From a bacterium (GTDB taxonomy: Bacteria; Vulcanimicrobiota; Vulcanimicrobiia; Vulcanimicrobiales; Vulcanimicrobiaceae), in the NCBI GenBank assembly GCA_021790895.1, contig JAJYFM010000001.1, forward strand, positions 4,494 through 68,493: a stretch of DNA of 64,000 nt. Direction: 5' to 3'. The translations under genes were made by a program, and so were the position numbers. The notes beneath the pieces are model-generated. The model did not search any database and had not been told where the DNA came from. It saw only the letters and a program-made list of their open reading frames with translations. Positions 1 to 9,638 of this stretch are shown here, piece by piece (position 1 is the stretch's first letter; each line of letters begins with the position of its first letter).

Positions 1-18
1 AACTGCGCTCCTCACCGC

Positions 19-429
19 TCACGGCAGCGACTCGGCATCGAATGCCTCGGGGAGTAATTCACGAAGAGGTTGCGCTCGCGGCTGCCCGGCGCGCATGGTA
101 ATAATTTCGATATCGAGCCCGAACTCCGAGAGAAACTGTCGACACGCTCCGCACGGCGTCAAATCGAGCTCCTTCGGACCGATCACCGCAATGGCGAGGT
201 AGCGGCGCGAACCTTGCGCAACGGCGCGCACGACAGCCGCGCGTTCAGCGCAGATCGAGAGCCCGAAACTCGCGTTTTCAACATTTGCCGCCGTAACAAT
301 CGCGCCTGAATCGAGCAACAACGCCGCCCCGACCGGAAACGCCGAATAGGGTGCGTAGGCATGCTCCCGCGCGTGCATCGCCTCCGATACGAGCGCAGCG
401 ACCTTCTCAGGCGAGAGCACGCTCGGCAC
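19..429 (-). CDS. cdd: cytidine deaminase
   Basis: 136 aa. Has the zinc-ligand motifs of the cytidine/deoxycytidylate deaminase family (CAERAA and PCGACRQ) and sits in the conserved dgkA-cdd neighbourhood. GTG start. Confidence 0.9.
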   Translation of the reverse strand: MPSVLSPEKVAALVSEAMHAREHAYAPYSAFPVGAALLLDSGAIVTAANVENASFGLSICAERAAVVRAVAQGSRRYLAIAVIGPKELDLTPCGACRQFLSEFGLDIEIITMRAGQPRAQPLRELLPEAFDAESLP

Positions 430-1711
430 GCTCCGATTCGCTCTTTCCGTTGTAGAAGATTCGCACGGCGAGAATGCGCCGACGTCGCAATCGGTCGACG
501 CGCAATCGCGTCTCCGGATCGGCGACGACCTCTTCTCCTTCGCCGGGTAATCGACCGAAGAGCCCGACCGTGTATCCGCCGATCGTCTCGAACTCTTCGG
601 TCGGGAGATCGGTGCCGAGTTTCGCGTTGACGTCTTCGATATTCGTCGCTGCCTCGACGACGGCTTCGCCCTCGGCGACTACATGAATCGGCTCTTGTTC
701 GTCCTCGTCGTGTTCGTCGCGGATCTCACCGACGATCTCCTCGAGGAGATCTTCCATCGTCACGATTCCCGCAGTACCACCATATTCGTCGACAACGATC
801 GCCATCGAAAATTTATCGCGTTGCATTTCCCGAAGCAGTTCCGCGATTTTCTTGGTCTCGGGAACGTGAATCGCCGGCCGCATAAACGACCGCAGCGACT
901 GCTGGGCGAGCGTTCCGTTCGCGAGGGCGACGAGCAACTCGCGATCGTGCACGACCCCAACGATATCGTCGCGGGACTCTTCGAAGACCGGCAATTTCGA
1001 GTAGCCCTCCGCGATGACCGCATCGAGCGCGCGGCGCGCGGAATCGTCGACGGAGATCGCGATCATCGAAGGACGCGGCGTCATGACCTCGCGCACGATC
1101 GTATCCCCGAATTCGATCACCGAATGGATCATCTCGCGTTCTTCTTCTTCGATCACGCGTTGCTCGGCGCCGACATCGACGAGCGTGCGAATATCCTCTT
1201 CGGTGACGAAGAGCGAACTGCGACGATCGATCCCGAATGGACGCAACAGAAAAACCGTAATCCACAGCATGAGGCGCACGAAGGGTGAGAGCACCCACGC
1301 GACGGTACGCATCGGCATCGCCAGGCGCACGGCCCAGCGCTCGCTATCGGCGACGGCGATCGTCTTGGGGATGATCTCGCCGAACAACAGCACCAACAGC
1401 GCCATCACCAACGTCGCGACCAACGCCGCCTGCGGGATTCCGAGTTCGATCGCAAGCCATGTTGCGAGCGACTCCGCTCCCAGCAATACCAATGTATTGG
1501 CGACCAAGACCGTCGTGAGAAAGCGTTGGCGATCCTCCACGAGGAGGAGCACGTCGCGAGCTCGCGCCAAGCCCTTCTCCTGCATGGAGAGGGCGCGAAG
1601 GCGCGATATCGATATCAACGCTCCCTCCGACGCAGCGAAGAATGCGGCGAGGAGCACGAGCACGGCGATGGCTGCAAACCAGAGCCAATCGTTCTGGAGT
1701 TCGAGCATCAT
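407..1711 (-). CDS. CNNM/CorC-HlyC family membrane protein (DUF21 TM domain, CBS pair, CorC_HlyC C-terminal domain)
   Basis: 434 aa. Hydrophobic N-terminal half, then the region [11 protein letters not shown], then the C-terminal transporter-associated domain ([16 protein letters not shown]) typical of TlyC/CorC-like proteins. Confidence 0.85.
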   Translation of the reverse strand: MMLELQNDWLWFAAIAVLVLLAAFFAASEGALISISRLRALSMQEKGLARARDVLLLVEDRQRFLTTVLVANTLVLLGAESLATWLAIELGIPQAALVATLVMALLVLLFGEIIPKTIAVADSERWAVRLAMPMRTVAWVLSPFVRLMLWITVFLLRPFGIDRRSSLFVTEEDIRTLVDVGAEQRVIEEEEREMIHSVIEFGDTIVREVMTPRPSMIAISVDDSARRALDAVIAEGYSKLPVFEESRDDIVGVVHDRELLVALANGTLAQQSLRSFMRPAIHVPETKKIAELLREMQRDKFSMAIVVDEYGGTAGIVTMEDLLEEIVGEIRDEHDEDEQEPIHVVAEGEAVVEAATNIEDVNAKLGTDLPTEEFETIGGYTVGLFGRLPGEGEEVVADPETRLRVDRLRRRRILAVRIFYNGKSESERAERALA

Positions 1712-1756
1712 CGCGCGTTACGACTTCGTGAGGAAGGGTCGTTCAAAGCGCGCTCA

Positions 1757-2473
1757 TTATACCACGAGATGTCCATGGATCGCGCCTCCGATCAGCAGCG
1801 TCACCGCGGTGCCGAGCAGCGCACCGCGCATGACCTCCGGCCACGTGTGGATACCACCTTCGACCCGCGACTGAGCGACGAGGACGGCGACGAGGTAGGC
1901 GAGCACGATCGGAATCGGCTGCTGCACCAGCAGCGCGAGCAGGGTCGCCGCAGCAAAGGCAAGCGACGCATGCCCGGAGACGGCGCCGCCGCGCAGCGCC
2001 GAACCGTTCGTCGGAGCGAGTGCTTTTCCAAAGATCGTTAGAATCGCCACGATTGCCAGCACCGCGACGATGATATCGACCGGCAAGCGAAACATCGGCA
2101 GAAATACCAATGCGCCGACCACGACTGCGGCGAGCGCGACGATAAACACTGCAGCAGCGGCGGCATCCTTGGCGCTTTTTGCCAATGGATGATGGGTCGC
2201 GGTGAGCAAATCGACGACCGATTCAATCGCCGTGTTCATCAATTCCATGGCGATCACCACGGCGATCAGAACGACGATTGCAATGACCTCTCCGCGCCGA
2301 AGATGCACGAAGAGCGTCGCCGCTAAAACGGCGACGGCGACGAGCAGATGGATGCGCAGGTTCGGTTGCGTTCGCGCGGCATAGACGATCCCATCGATCG
2401 CGTGTCCGAACGAACGTACGATGCGTTGAAAGCGCTCGCGTAGCGGCTGTACGCTCACGGGTCGTACGGCCAC
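1757..2473 (-). CDS. dgkA: diacylglycerol/undecaprenol kinase (DgkA-type) fused to a PAP2-like lipid phosphatase domain
   Basis: 238 aa. The N-terminal ~120 aa resemble prokaryotic DAGK (FGHAIDGI, ELMNTAIESVVDL). The C-terminal ~110 aa carry the PAP2 signatures SGH and SRVEGGIHTWPEV. Lies in the ybeY-dgkA-cdd context. Confidence 0.75.
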   Translation of the reverse strand: MAVRPVSVQPLRERFQRIVRSFGHAIDGIVYAARTQPNLRIHLLVAVAVLAATLFVHLRRGEVIAIVVLIAVVIAMELMNTAIESVVDLLTATHHPLAKSAKDAAAAAVFIVALAAVVVGALVFLPMFRLPVDIIVAVLAIVAILTIFGKALAPTNGSALRGGAVSGHASLAFAAATLLALLVQQPIPIVLAYLVAVLVAQSRVEGGIHTWPEVMRGALLGTAVTLLIGGAIHGHLVV

Positions 2474-2901
2474 GGCATACCGATCGCGGCTGCGAGCCGA
2501 CGCTCTTGCGCGATCATGACGTCGCGTTCGGCAGCCTCTTCATGATCGTGTCCGAGCAGATGCAAGAGCCCGTGGATCAGCAATCGTTCGACCTCGCGTT
2601 GGAGCGACGCGTCGTAGAGTGCGGCCTGACGCATCGCCGTCGGTACCCCGATTACGATATCGCCGAGCAACTCCTCACCCGGCATATTCGGATCGGGTTC
2701 GAGCGGAAAGCTCAACACGTCGGTCGGCTTCTTCTTTCCGCGGTGTAGCGCATTGAGGCGCTCGATCGCTGCGTCGCTCACGAAACTGATCGAGAGCGAT
2801 GCCGTGCCCCTTCCGACGGCGACGAGTAACTGCGAGGCGGCGCGCTTGACCGCGCGCGCATCGATGCCGCTCTTTCGCACGGTATTACGGTAGTGAATCA
2901 C
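2455..2901 (-). CDS. ybeY: rRNA maturation endoribonuclease YbeY
   Basis: 148 aa with the metal-binding motif HGLLHLLGHDH. Located downstream of phoH. Confidence 0.9.
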   Translation of the reverse strand: MIHYRNTVRKSGIDARAVKRAASQLLVAVGRGTASLSISFVSDAAIERLNALHRGKKKPTDVLSFPLEPDPNMPGEELLGDIVIGVPTAMRQAALYDASLQREVERLLIHGLLHLLGHDHEEAAERDVMIAQERRLAAAIGMPWPYDP

Positions 2902-3797
2902 GGAGCTGTTTCGTAGGCGCGAATGATGCGCGCGACGAGCGGGCGCCGCACCACGTCGGCACCGTCGAGATCGACGACCGCAACTTCCTCGACGCCTCGT
3001 AAACGGCGCGCAGCATCGCGAAGTCCACTGCGCGCTCCCGATGGGAGATCGACCTGCGTTGCGTCGCCGACGACGACCATCTGCGAGCCTGCGCCGATGC
3101 GCGTGAGCAGCATCTTCAGTTGCTCGGGGCCGGCGTTCTGTGCCTCGTCGACGATGACGAACGCATTGGCGAGCGTCCGACCGCGCATGTAGGCGATCGG
3201 TGCAACCTCGATGACGCCGCGTTCGATATATTTTGCCGCCGTGCTTTCATCGAGCAATTCGTCGATTGCATCGTAGAGCGGGCGCAGATAGGGATCGATT
3301 TTTTCCTTGAGGTCGCCGGGGAGAAACCCGAGTCGCTCCCCGGCTTCGACCGCCGGGCGCGTGAGGACGATCCGCGAGACGTTCCGGTCGCGCAGCGCAC
3401 GCAGCGCCATCGCGATTGCCAGGAAGGTTTTTCCGGTCCCTGCGGGGCCGATACAGATGGTCAGCGCATTCCGTTCGATCGCTTCGACGAAGCTACGCTG
3501 TCCCGCCGTCCGCGCCCGAATCTCGCGGCCGCGTTTGCTGCGCAAGAGCGTCGCCGGCAGCATGGCGGCGACCGTCGCGGGAAGGTCGGCGTCGGCGACC
3601 GCGAGCGCGACATCATCGGGGGTCATCTGCTCGCCGCGCAACGCGGAGACTAAAAGCGCGCGGACCGCCGATTCGGCGCGCTCGGTCTTTCCGGCGGCAC
3701 CGGCGAGCACGAGCGACTCGCCGTCGACGAAGCAGCGCACGCCGCAACGCTCTTCGATCGCCGCCAAATTTGCATCGAACGCTCCAAAGAGTCGCAC
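2898..3797 (-). CDS. phoH: PhoH-like ATPase
   Basis: 299 aa. Walker A motif GPAGTGKT, Walker B motif FVIVDEAQN, and a PhoH family C-terminal region. Confidence 0.9.
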   Translation of the reverse strand: MRLFGAFDANLAAIEERCGVRCFVDGESLVLAGAAGKTERAESAVRALLVSALRGEQMTPDDVALAVADADLPATVAAMLPATLLRSKRGREIRARTAGQRSFVEAIERNALTICIGPAGTGKTFLAIAMALRALRDRNVSRIVLTRPAVEAGERLGFLPGDLKEKIDPYLRPLYDAIDELLDESTAAKYIERGVIEVAPIAYMRGRTLANAFVIVDEAQNAGPEQLKMLLTRIGAGSQMVVVGDATQVDLPSGARSGLRDAARRLRGVEEVAVVDLDGADVVRRPLVARIIRAYETAP

Positions 3798-3874
3798 CCG
3801 TTCGCCGAGCGAATCGAGGGCAACGGTACGACGGTCGAGGTTATTCAGAAGGCTTCAGTCACTCCACCGCATCC

Positions 3875-4405
3875 CTACCACGTTGGAGGGCCGCTCTCCC
3901 GCATCGCCAGCGGCGGGGAGAGCAATTCTGCGATCACCACGCCACTCGCCCAGTCGAGACGCCGCCCCGAGAGCGGCCGCGCGATTTGGGTCGCTCGCTC
4001 CGCGGTTGGATCCTCGACGATCTCCAGCGCCATGAATTCGACGGGGAGCTCTTCGGTTCTCGGCGATGCAGGCGGGAGCGGCGCCGCAACGACCGGCGGC
4101 GCAACGACCGGCGGCGCAACGACCGGCGGCGCATCGGCGACCCGGAGTGCGTCGACGATCTGCCGGGCCGTCTCGCGTGCAGCCGTCCCCCGCTGCGTAG
4201 CGGCGATCCGCTGCGCAGCGGCAATCCGCTGCGAAACGGCCATCCGCGGCGTCGTGGCGACCTGCGGCATCGTCGCGACCCGCGGCTCGGTCGCCGGAGG
4301 CTTCCCGACCGCACGTACCCTCCCCGCGGCTCGCCGCAGGCTCGAAAAGACCGCCGCGATCACGATGAGCGCCCAGAGCAGCGCCCCGAAGTCGCTCAGA
4401 CGCAT
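3875..4405 (-). CDS. hypothetical membrane-anchored, repeat-containing protein (in the yqfB position of the flotillin operon)
   Basis: 176 aa. One N-terminal TM helix, then internal peptide repeats (PPVVA x3, RIAAAQ/RIAATQ) that are mirrored by 15-bp DNA tandem repeats at 4081-4140. Starts 3 nt downstream of floA. No recognisable domain. Confidence 0.55.
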   Translation of the reverse strand: MRLSDFGALLWALIVIAAVFSSLRRAAGRVRAVGKPPATEPRVATMPQVATTPRMAVSQRIAAAQRIAATQRGTAARETARQIVDALRVADAPPVVAPPVVAPPVVAAPLPPASPRTEELPVEFMALEIVEDPTAERATQIARPLSGRRLDWASGVVIAELLSPPLAMRESGPPTW

Positions 4406-4408
4406 CGC

Positions 4409-5407
4409 TTACTTCTGCGGGGGCGCCGGCGGCGCGCTGCCTTGATCGCCACCTGCACCGCCGATCGAACCGCGCATCTCGGTATCGGCCTGAATATTTT
4501 TCAAGCGATAGTAATCCATCACGCCGAGGTTTCCGTTTTTGAATGCCGCGGCGATCGCTGCCGGAATCGAGGCTTCCGCCTCAACGACGCGAGCGCGCAT
4601 CGCTTGCGTTTCGGCTTTCTGTTCTTGCTCGGAGGCCATGGCGGCATATTGCCGTTCCGCGGCCTTCGCTTGCGCGATCCGACGATCGGCCTCTGCCTGA
4701 CTGGTCTGCAATTCCGCGCCGATATTCTTGCCGACGTCGACATCGGCGATATCGATCGAGACGATCTCGAACGCCGTTCCGGCATCGAGCCCTTTGCTGA
4801 GCACCGCCTTGCTGATGCGATCGGGATATTCGAGCACTTCTTTGTGATCGATCGCGGCACCGACTGCGGCGACGACGCCCTCGCCGACGCGGGCGATAAT
4901 CGTCGGCTCGCCGGCGCCACCGACGTAGCGGTCGAGATTGCTGCGCACCGTCACGCGCGCTTTCACGTTGAGCTGAATACCGTTCTGCGCAACCCCTTGA
5001 AAGGTCGGCGTTTCGATGACCTTCGGATTGACCGACATTTGCAGCGCTTCGACGACGTTGCGGCCCGCAAGATCGATGGCGGCGGCGCGTTGCCACTCAA
5101 GCGGAATCTGCGCGCGTTGCGCCGCGATCATCGCGAGCGTCACGTTTTCGACGTTGCCGCCGGCGAGATAATGCGATTGCATCTGATCGACGTAAAGATC
5201 GAGCCCGGCCTTTCGCGCTCGCACGTAGTTCGTGACGATGACGCCGGGTGGAATACCGATCAAGCGCATGCGTACCAACGAAACAATTCCTAACGGTACG
5301 CCGGCGGCAATCGTGCGAATCCACAAGCCCAGCGGAAAATAGTAGAGGAAAGCAAAAAACGCGATAATCGCGACAATAATAAGAACCGCTGCGCTCGCCT
5401 GAATCAT
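4409..5407 (-). CDS. floA: flotillin-like protein FloA (UPF0365/YqfA family)
   Basis: 332 aa. N-terminal TM segment, SPFH-like body and an EA-rich C-terminal coil. Strong resemblance to B. subtilis YqfA. 4-nt overlap with nfeD. Confidence 0.9.
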   Translation of the reverse strand: MIQASAAVLIIVAIIAFFAFLYYFPLGLWIRTIAAGVPLGIVSLVRMRLIGIPPGVIVTNYVRARKAGLDLYVDQMQSHYLAGGNVENVTLAMIAAQRAQIPLEWQRAAAIDLAGRNVVEALQMSVNPKVIETPTFQGVAQNGIQLNVKARVTVRSNLDRYVGGAGEPTIIARVGEGVVAAVGAAIDHKEVLEYPDRISKAVLSKGLDAGTAFEIVSIDIADVDVGKNIGAELQTSQAEADRRIAQAKAAERQYAAMASEQEQKAETQAMRARVVEAEASIPAAIAAAFKNGNLGVMDYYRLKNIQADTEMRGSIGGAGGDQGSAPPAPPQK

Positions 5408-6597
5408 GAAGTAATCCTTTCACGGGGGAAGGGAATCGGTTCGACGAAAATTCGTGCTCCCTCGACGCGAGTGACACGAACCGGCGTCCCGGCTGCGATA
5501 AACTCGCCGTCGGTTAGCACGTCGATACGTTCGCCGTCGAAGAGCCCATGCCCGGCAGGGCGGAGATAGGTCAGGGCAATTCCGCTCTTCCCCAGGAGAT
5601 CGAAGCGATTCGGGGCGGTGACGAAATCGGGGCCCTGAACCGCGGCGAGCGCGAACTGCGAACTCCAAGCGTTCTCGGGAAAGGCGCGCAACGCCATCGT
5701 GAAGCCGACCGTCGCCAGGACGATCGCGGTCGCCAGCGCTTCGATCCCGCCGATGAGGTAGGGAACGCCGAACGAAAAGAGGAGCGCTACGAGGAGCAAG
5801 GTCGCCCCAAGGGCTCCCGGGAGTGTGTGCCCCGGCAGAACGTGGAGCTCCCAGAGGATGCCGAGGACGCCGAGCAGCGCAACGAGCGCGACGAACCAGT
5901 CGGCAAAGCCGGAAAAGAGCTGCGCGCTAAAATAGAGCGCGAGGGCCGCAATCCCGATAAATCCCGCGAGCCCATGCATCGTCTGCATCTCGACGAGCAG
6001 CCCGAGAAGACCGAGCCCGATCAGGATGCCGGCGACGAGCGGCTCACTGACGAAACTCGCGATACGCTCCGCGAGCGTGACCGAAACCGGCACGACCGCG
6101 GCGCCCCCCAGACCCGTGCTCGACAATGCGGCCTCGAGCGTCGGGGCGACCCCCGCGGCGAGGTGGGCTTGCACGGCCTCGGAGCTATCGAGCACGAGCA
6201 TGCCGTTGGCGTTCGCCGTCGTCGGCGTCGAAATCGTGGCATCCGGCGCAAGAACGACCCGCCGAGCGGCAAGCGCGATGAGCGCGGCGCTGTTGTAGGC
6301 CTCCCCGGAGACGTAGGCAAGGGTCGGGATCGGCGCGCTCCGGATCTCCGAGCGGATCGGCGCAATGACGCTATCGAGCCCACCCGCGCTGTTGATATCG
6401 AGGACGAGCGCACGCGCGTGCGAGCCGACGGCGAGCGCGATGGCGCGGTGAACGAGTTGCTCGGTTCCGCGATCGACCGAACCGGTGATCGGCACCAAAA
6501 CGACCGGCGCCGAGGCGCCGCTCGCCCGTGCCGCCCCGACGGCGGCGAGAGCGATCAGGCTCCCGGCAAGGATGATTCGGAGGCGAATACTCCACAT
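5404..6597 (-). CDS. NfeD-family membrane-bound ClpP-class serine protease (YqeZ-like)
   Basis: 397 aa. Signal/TM segment, ClpP-like N-terminal domain, multi-TM middle region and a C-terminal NfeD OB-fold. Sits upstream of floA, as in the Bacillus yqeZ-yqfA arrangement. Confidence 0.85.
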   Translation of the reverse strand: MWSIRLRIILAGSLIALAAVGAARASGASAPVVLVPITGSVDRGTEQLVHRAIALAVGSHARALVLDINSAGGLDSVIAPIRSEIRSAPIPTLAYVSGEAYNSAALIALAARRVVLAPDATISTPTTANANGMLVLDSSEAVQAHLAAGVAPTLEAALSSTGLGGAAVVPVSVTLAERIASFVSEPLVAGILIGLGLLGLLVEMQTMHGLAGFIGIAALALYFSAQLFSGFADWFVALVALLGVLGILWELHVLPGHTLPGALGATLLLVALLFSFGVPYLIGGIEALATAIVLATVGFTMALRAFPENAWSSQFALAAVQGPDFVTAPNRFDLLGKSGIALTYLRPAGHGLFDGERIDVLTDGEFIAAGTPVRVTRVEGARIFVEPIPFPRERITS

Positions 6598-6627
6598 GCG
6601 GGTATCTACCCGCCGCGGCGGGGGAAG

Positions 6628-7083
6628 TTACGCCCCGTGCTCTCCAAGTGCGTGCGTAACGACCTCGCGCACCAGGTTGCCGTCGGCAAGCCCTTTGAGT
6701 TGCGGCATCACGGCTTTCATGACCGCGCCCTGATTGCGCCCACTCTCGGGGAGCGCGGCGACTGCGGCGGCGACGATCTCCTCGATCTCGCGGCGCGATT
6801 TCTGTGCCGGAAGGTAGGCGACGAGAATCTCGCGTTCGGCATCTTCTTTGGCGGCGAGCTCTTCACGCCCGGCCTTGCGGAACTCGGTCGCGGCATCGAT
6901 ACGCTGCTTGACCTGTCGGCCGATCACCTCGAGCTCCTGGCTCTCGGTGAGGTCGACGCCGGCTTCACTGCGCTTGTAGGTAAAGCCGGAGAGAGCCGAA
7001 CGTAACGTATCGACCCTCAACTGCTCGCGAGCCTTCATCGCCGTCTTCAAATCTTCGGCGATGCGCTCTTTCAATGCGGCCAT
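6628..7083 (-). CDS. yqeY: GatB/YqeY domain protein
   Basis: 151 aa. N-terminal LKERIAEDLKTAMKA is typical of the YqeY family. Adjacent to rpsU, as in Firmicutes. Confidence 0.85.
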   Translation of the reverse strand: MAALKERIAEDLKTAMKAREQLRVDTLRSALSGFTYKRSEAGVDLTESQELEVIGRQVKQRIDAATEFRKAGREELAAKEDAEREILVAYLPAQKSRREIEEIVAAAVAALPESGRNQGAVMKAVMPQLKGLADGNLVREVVTHALGEHGA

Positions 7084-7089
7084 GACGCT

Positions 7090-7260
7090 TTAGGTCCGGC
7101 GCTTGCGCGCGGCGGCCGACTTCTTCTTTTTGCGGACGCTCGGTTTTTCGTAGTGTTCGTGCTTGCGCGCTTCGGCGAGAATGCCCGCTTTTTGCGTGGC
7201 TTTCTTGAAACGGCGCAGCGCGCTCTCGATGGTTTCACCGGCTGAGACACGTACTTCCAT
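7090..7260 (-). CDS. rpsU: 30S ribosomal protein S21
   Basis: Internal ATG at 7260 gives a 56-aa protein, [20 protein letters not shown]...KRRT, the classic S21 sequence. The longer track ORF (to 7356) is a 5' over-extension. Confidence 0.9.
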   Translation of the reverse strand: MEVRVSAGETIESALRRFKKATQKAGILAEARKHEHYEKPSVRKKKKSAAARKRRT

Positions 7261-7391
7261 TGCTAATTCGACCCCCTTTCGCGCTCGTGCGGACACGACA
7301 AAGCCCGCCCGGCTAGAATCATCTGCGACCTTAACACGCGAGGCGCCCGGCGTCAAATGCCTTCGGTCGGGGCGCGCTCGCCGCGGGCGCC

Positions 7392-7820
7392 CTAGGGAAT
7401 CAGCCCCCAGCGCGTGATCCGCGCCATTCCCGGTGCCTCCACGCAGGTCGTAAACGCGGCGTCACTCGCAGCCGAGCCGTTCGCCGCCCGCGACATCGAG
7501 ATCTCGACGCGTCGTTCGCCGGGCGGGAGCCGATCGATCAGCAGCGTCATCGGTTTGAGCGCGGCAACGCGGGTCGAGACCGCGAAGCGCCGCGCACCGT
7601 CGACGGCGGCGATAACGAAGCCGCTCCAGGCGCGCTTGCCCTTCGGAGCGGCGATCATGAAGCGCAACCACAGGCGACGATGCTGGAGCGTCGCCCGGAC
7701 GGGAATCAGCGAGAGCGCGTTGCGGTGAACGAAGAAGACGTTTTCGCAGCGCGCACGCGCGCCGATCGGTACGAGCACGGCGAGCGCAAGCGCGAGCGCT
7801 GCCGTTAACCGGGGGGCCAC
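7392..7820 (-). CDS. hypothetical secreted protein
   Basis: 142 aa with an N-terminal signal-like segment ([19 protein letters not shown]). No recognisable domain. 16-nt overlap with the end of the upstream HIT gene. Confidence 0.45.
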   Translation of the reverse strand: MAPRLTAALALALAVLVPIGARARCENVFFVHRNALSLIPVRATLQHRRLWLRFMIAAPKGKRAWSGFVIAAVDGARRFAVSTRVAALKPMTLLIDRLPPGERRVEISMSRAANGSAASDAAFTTCVEAPGMARITRWGLIP

Positions 7821-8137
7821 TGCATCGCCCTACCGCCGAGCACATGGATGTGGAGATGTTCGACCGTCTGTCCGCCGTCGTCCCCGGTATTGACGACGAA
7901 TCGGTATCCCGAGCCGCAACGTTCGCCGATCTCGGTTGCCAGCGTGAAGAGCGCGGCGAGCCCCTGCGGGCGTTCGCGTAGGTAGGCGGCAAAATTCGCA
8001 GCGTGAAAACGCGGCATCACCAAAACGTGGGTCGGCGCCATCGGATGGAGATCGGCGATCGCAATCGCTTCATCGTTTGCCGCGACGAGCGTTGAAGGGA
8101 TCTCGCCGGCGAGGATTTTGCAGAAAATACAATTCAT
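7805..8137 (-). CDS. HIT family (histidine triad) nucleotide hydrolase
   Basis: Histidine triad HLHIHVLGG and N-terminal CIFCKI. The start at ATG 8137 forms an ATGA overlap with the upstream stop codon. Confidence 0.85.
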   Translation of the reverse strand: MNCIFCKILAGEIPSTLVAANDEAIAIADLHPMAPTHVLVMPRFHAANFAAYLRERPQGLAALFTLATEIGERCGSGYRFVVNTGDDGGQTVEHLHIHVLGGRAMQWPPG

Positions 8138-9636
8138 GGGCGCACGGTAAAACTCCACGAACGCGTTGCGATATTCCCGGCAAAGTCGGAGACGCGAACG
8201 GTGACGTGCACGACGCCGGAGTAATTAATCTCGGGGATAAAATGAATGAATCGCGCGCTGCGAATCGTTTCGGAGGTCACGTCGTGGCCGTCGACGATCA
8301 GCGTCGCGCTGCGCGGATCGACGCCGACGGCATCGGGAAGAAAGGTCGCGTAGATCGCCGGCGTCGTGCTGCTGACGATACTTCCCGGGGCGGGGCCGAC
8401 GCGCCCGATCCCCGGCGGCACCGACGATGCGCTCACCAACGTCGCTCCTCGCGCAACCGAATGCACCGAGCCGACCATCAAGTTCACGATCACCGGAGAA
8501 CGCGCGATGCTCACCGCATCACCGATGCGCAGCGAGCCGCCGTAGAAGCCGGGACGCTCTTCGCGCATGCCGACGTCGTGAACGAGGCCGCCGATATCAA
8601 AACTCGCAATTCCACCGGGAGTGCCGCGCATCGTCACGCGTAAGAGTTCTCCCGCTCGCAGCGGCGTCGTCGGATCGATAACGATCGAGGAGATCGCGCC
8701 GCTCGGCGCGAGCGGATCGTGGCGGTCGCTTAAGATGACTTGGAGAATTTCGTCGCTTTCGACGTTATAGCGGATCGTCGCATCGTCGCCGGGACGAACC
8801 TGCGCGAAAGTTGCCGGTGCTCCGTCGAGCAACCACTGCGTCGTGCGATCCGGCACGATTACGTGGCCATCTGCGAGTACGAATTCACCGCCGGCAACGG
8901 CGGCAATGCGACCGGCGCGCACGCCGAAATCGTCATGAATCTCGGTTCCGCGCCCCTTCTTCCCCAGATCGACGCGCACGAAATCCCCCGGCAGCACATC
9001 GGCCAGCGTTCCCGGTCGCACCACGTTGGTGGCGACGTCATGAAGTTCGACGCGAACGTTCTCGTGCAGCGCAATCGTGTGCGCACTTCCGCCGAAGAGC
9101 AGCGTCACCGTCATCGGAGTCGACAGCACATCGAGCGCGCTGACGCTCCCTTCGCGCACGCCGTGCCCGCTCGCCGAGAGCACGAAACCGCTCCCGGTCT
9201 CGCCGACCGAGGAACCGACGATGGCGATCCTCCGTGCTTGCGCATCGTAATGTGCCTGCGCCCCCAACACCGCGCCGACGAAACGCAACGGAACGTAGGT
9301 CGTGAAATCGCGCACGAGCGGCGGCGCCCCAAAATCGACCGCGCTCCCGTCGAGCATCGCGCTGCTCTCGCCGAGGCGGAGCGTGACGCGGTGCGCGCCG
9401 AAGCGCGCGTGAAGGACGCCGTTGCGGAGTCGGAAAGGAATCCCCAACGCGTCGAGCGTTCGTTGTAGCGGTACGTAGACGCGCCCATGCACGATGAGCG
9501 GCGGCGGCTGAACGAGCACGCGCACGCCGTCGACGAAAAGTGTCGGCGCGCCCGGCGTCGGCGATGGAGACGGTGAGGCGCTCGCGCCCAAGAACGCGAG
9601 GAGAACGGCAACGGCGAGCAACGGTCGAAAGCGCAT
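8134..9636 (-). CDS. secreted protein with a copper amine oxidase N-terminal-like (stalk) domain and Ig-like repeats
   Basis: Internal start MRFRPLLAVAVLLAFLGASA (signal peptide). The segment VDGVRVLVQPPPLIVHGRVYVPLQRTLDALG is typical of the Cu_amine_oxidN1 domain. Beta-rich C-terminal domains. Confidence 0.7.
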   Translation of the reverse strand: MRFRPLLAVAVLLAFLGASASPSPSPTPGAPTLFVDGVRVLVQPPPLIVHGRVYVPLQRTLDALGIPFRLRNGVLHARFGAHRVTLRLGESSAMLDGSAVDFGAPPLVRDFTTYVPLRFVGAVLGAQAHYDAQARRIAIVGSSVGETGSGFVLSASGHGVREGSVSALDVLSTPMTVTLLFGGSAHTIALHENVRVELHDVATNVVRPGTLADVLPGDFVRVDLGKKGRGTEIHDDFGVRAGRIAAVAGGEFVLADGHVIVPDRTTQWLLDGAPATFAQVRPGDDATIRYNVESDEILQVILSDRHDPLAPSGAISSIVIDPTTPLRAGELLRVTMRGTPGGIASFDIGGLVHDVGMREERPGFYGGSLRIGDAVSIARSPVIVNLMVGSVHSVARGATLVSASSVPPGIGRVGPAPGSIVSSTTPAIYATFLPDAVGVDPRSATLIVDGHDVTSETIRSARFIHFIPEINYSGVVHVTVRVSDFAGNIATRSWSFTVRP

Positions 9637-9638
9637 CG

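Noticed and set aside
3416-5293. 625-aa plus-strand ORF
   Set aside because: It is antisense to phoH, the repeat protein and floA. Its extreme Arg-rich, low-complexity sequence is typical of spurious antisense frames in high-GC DNA.
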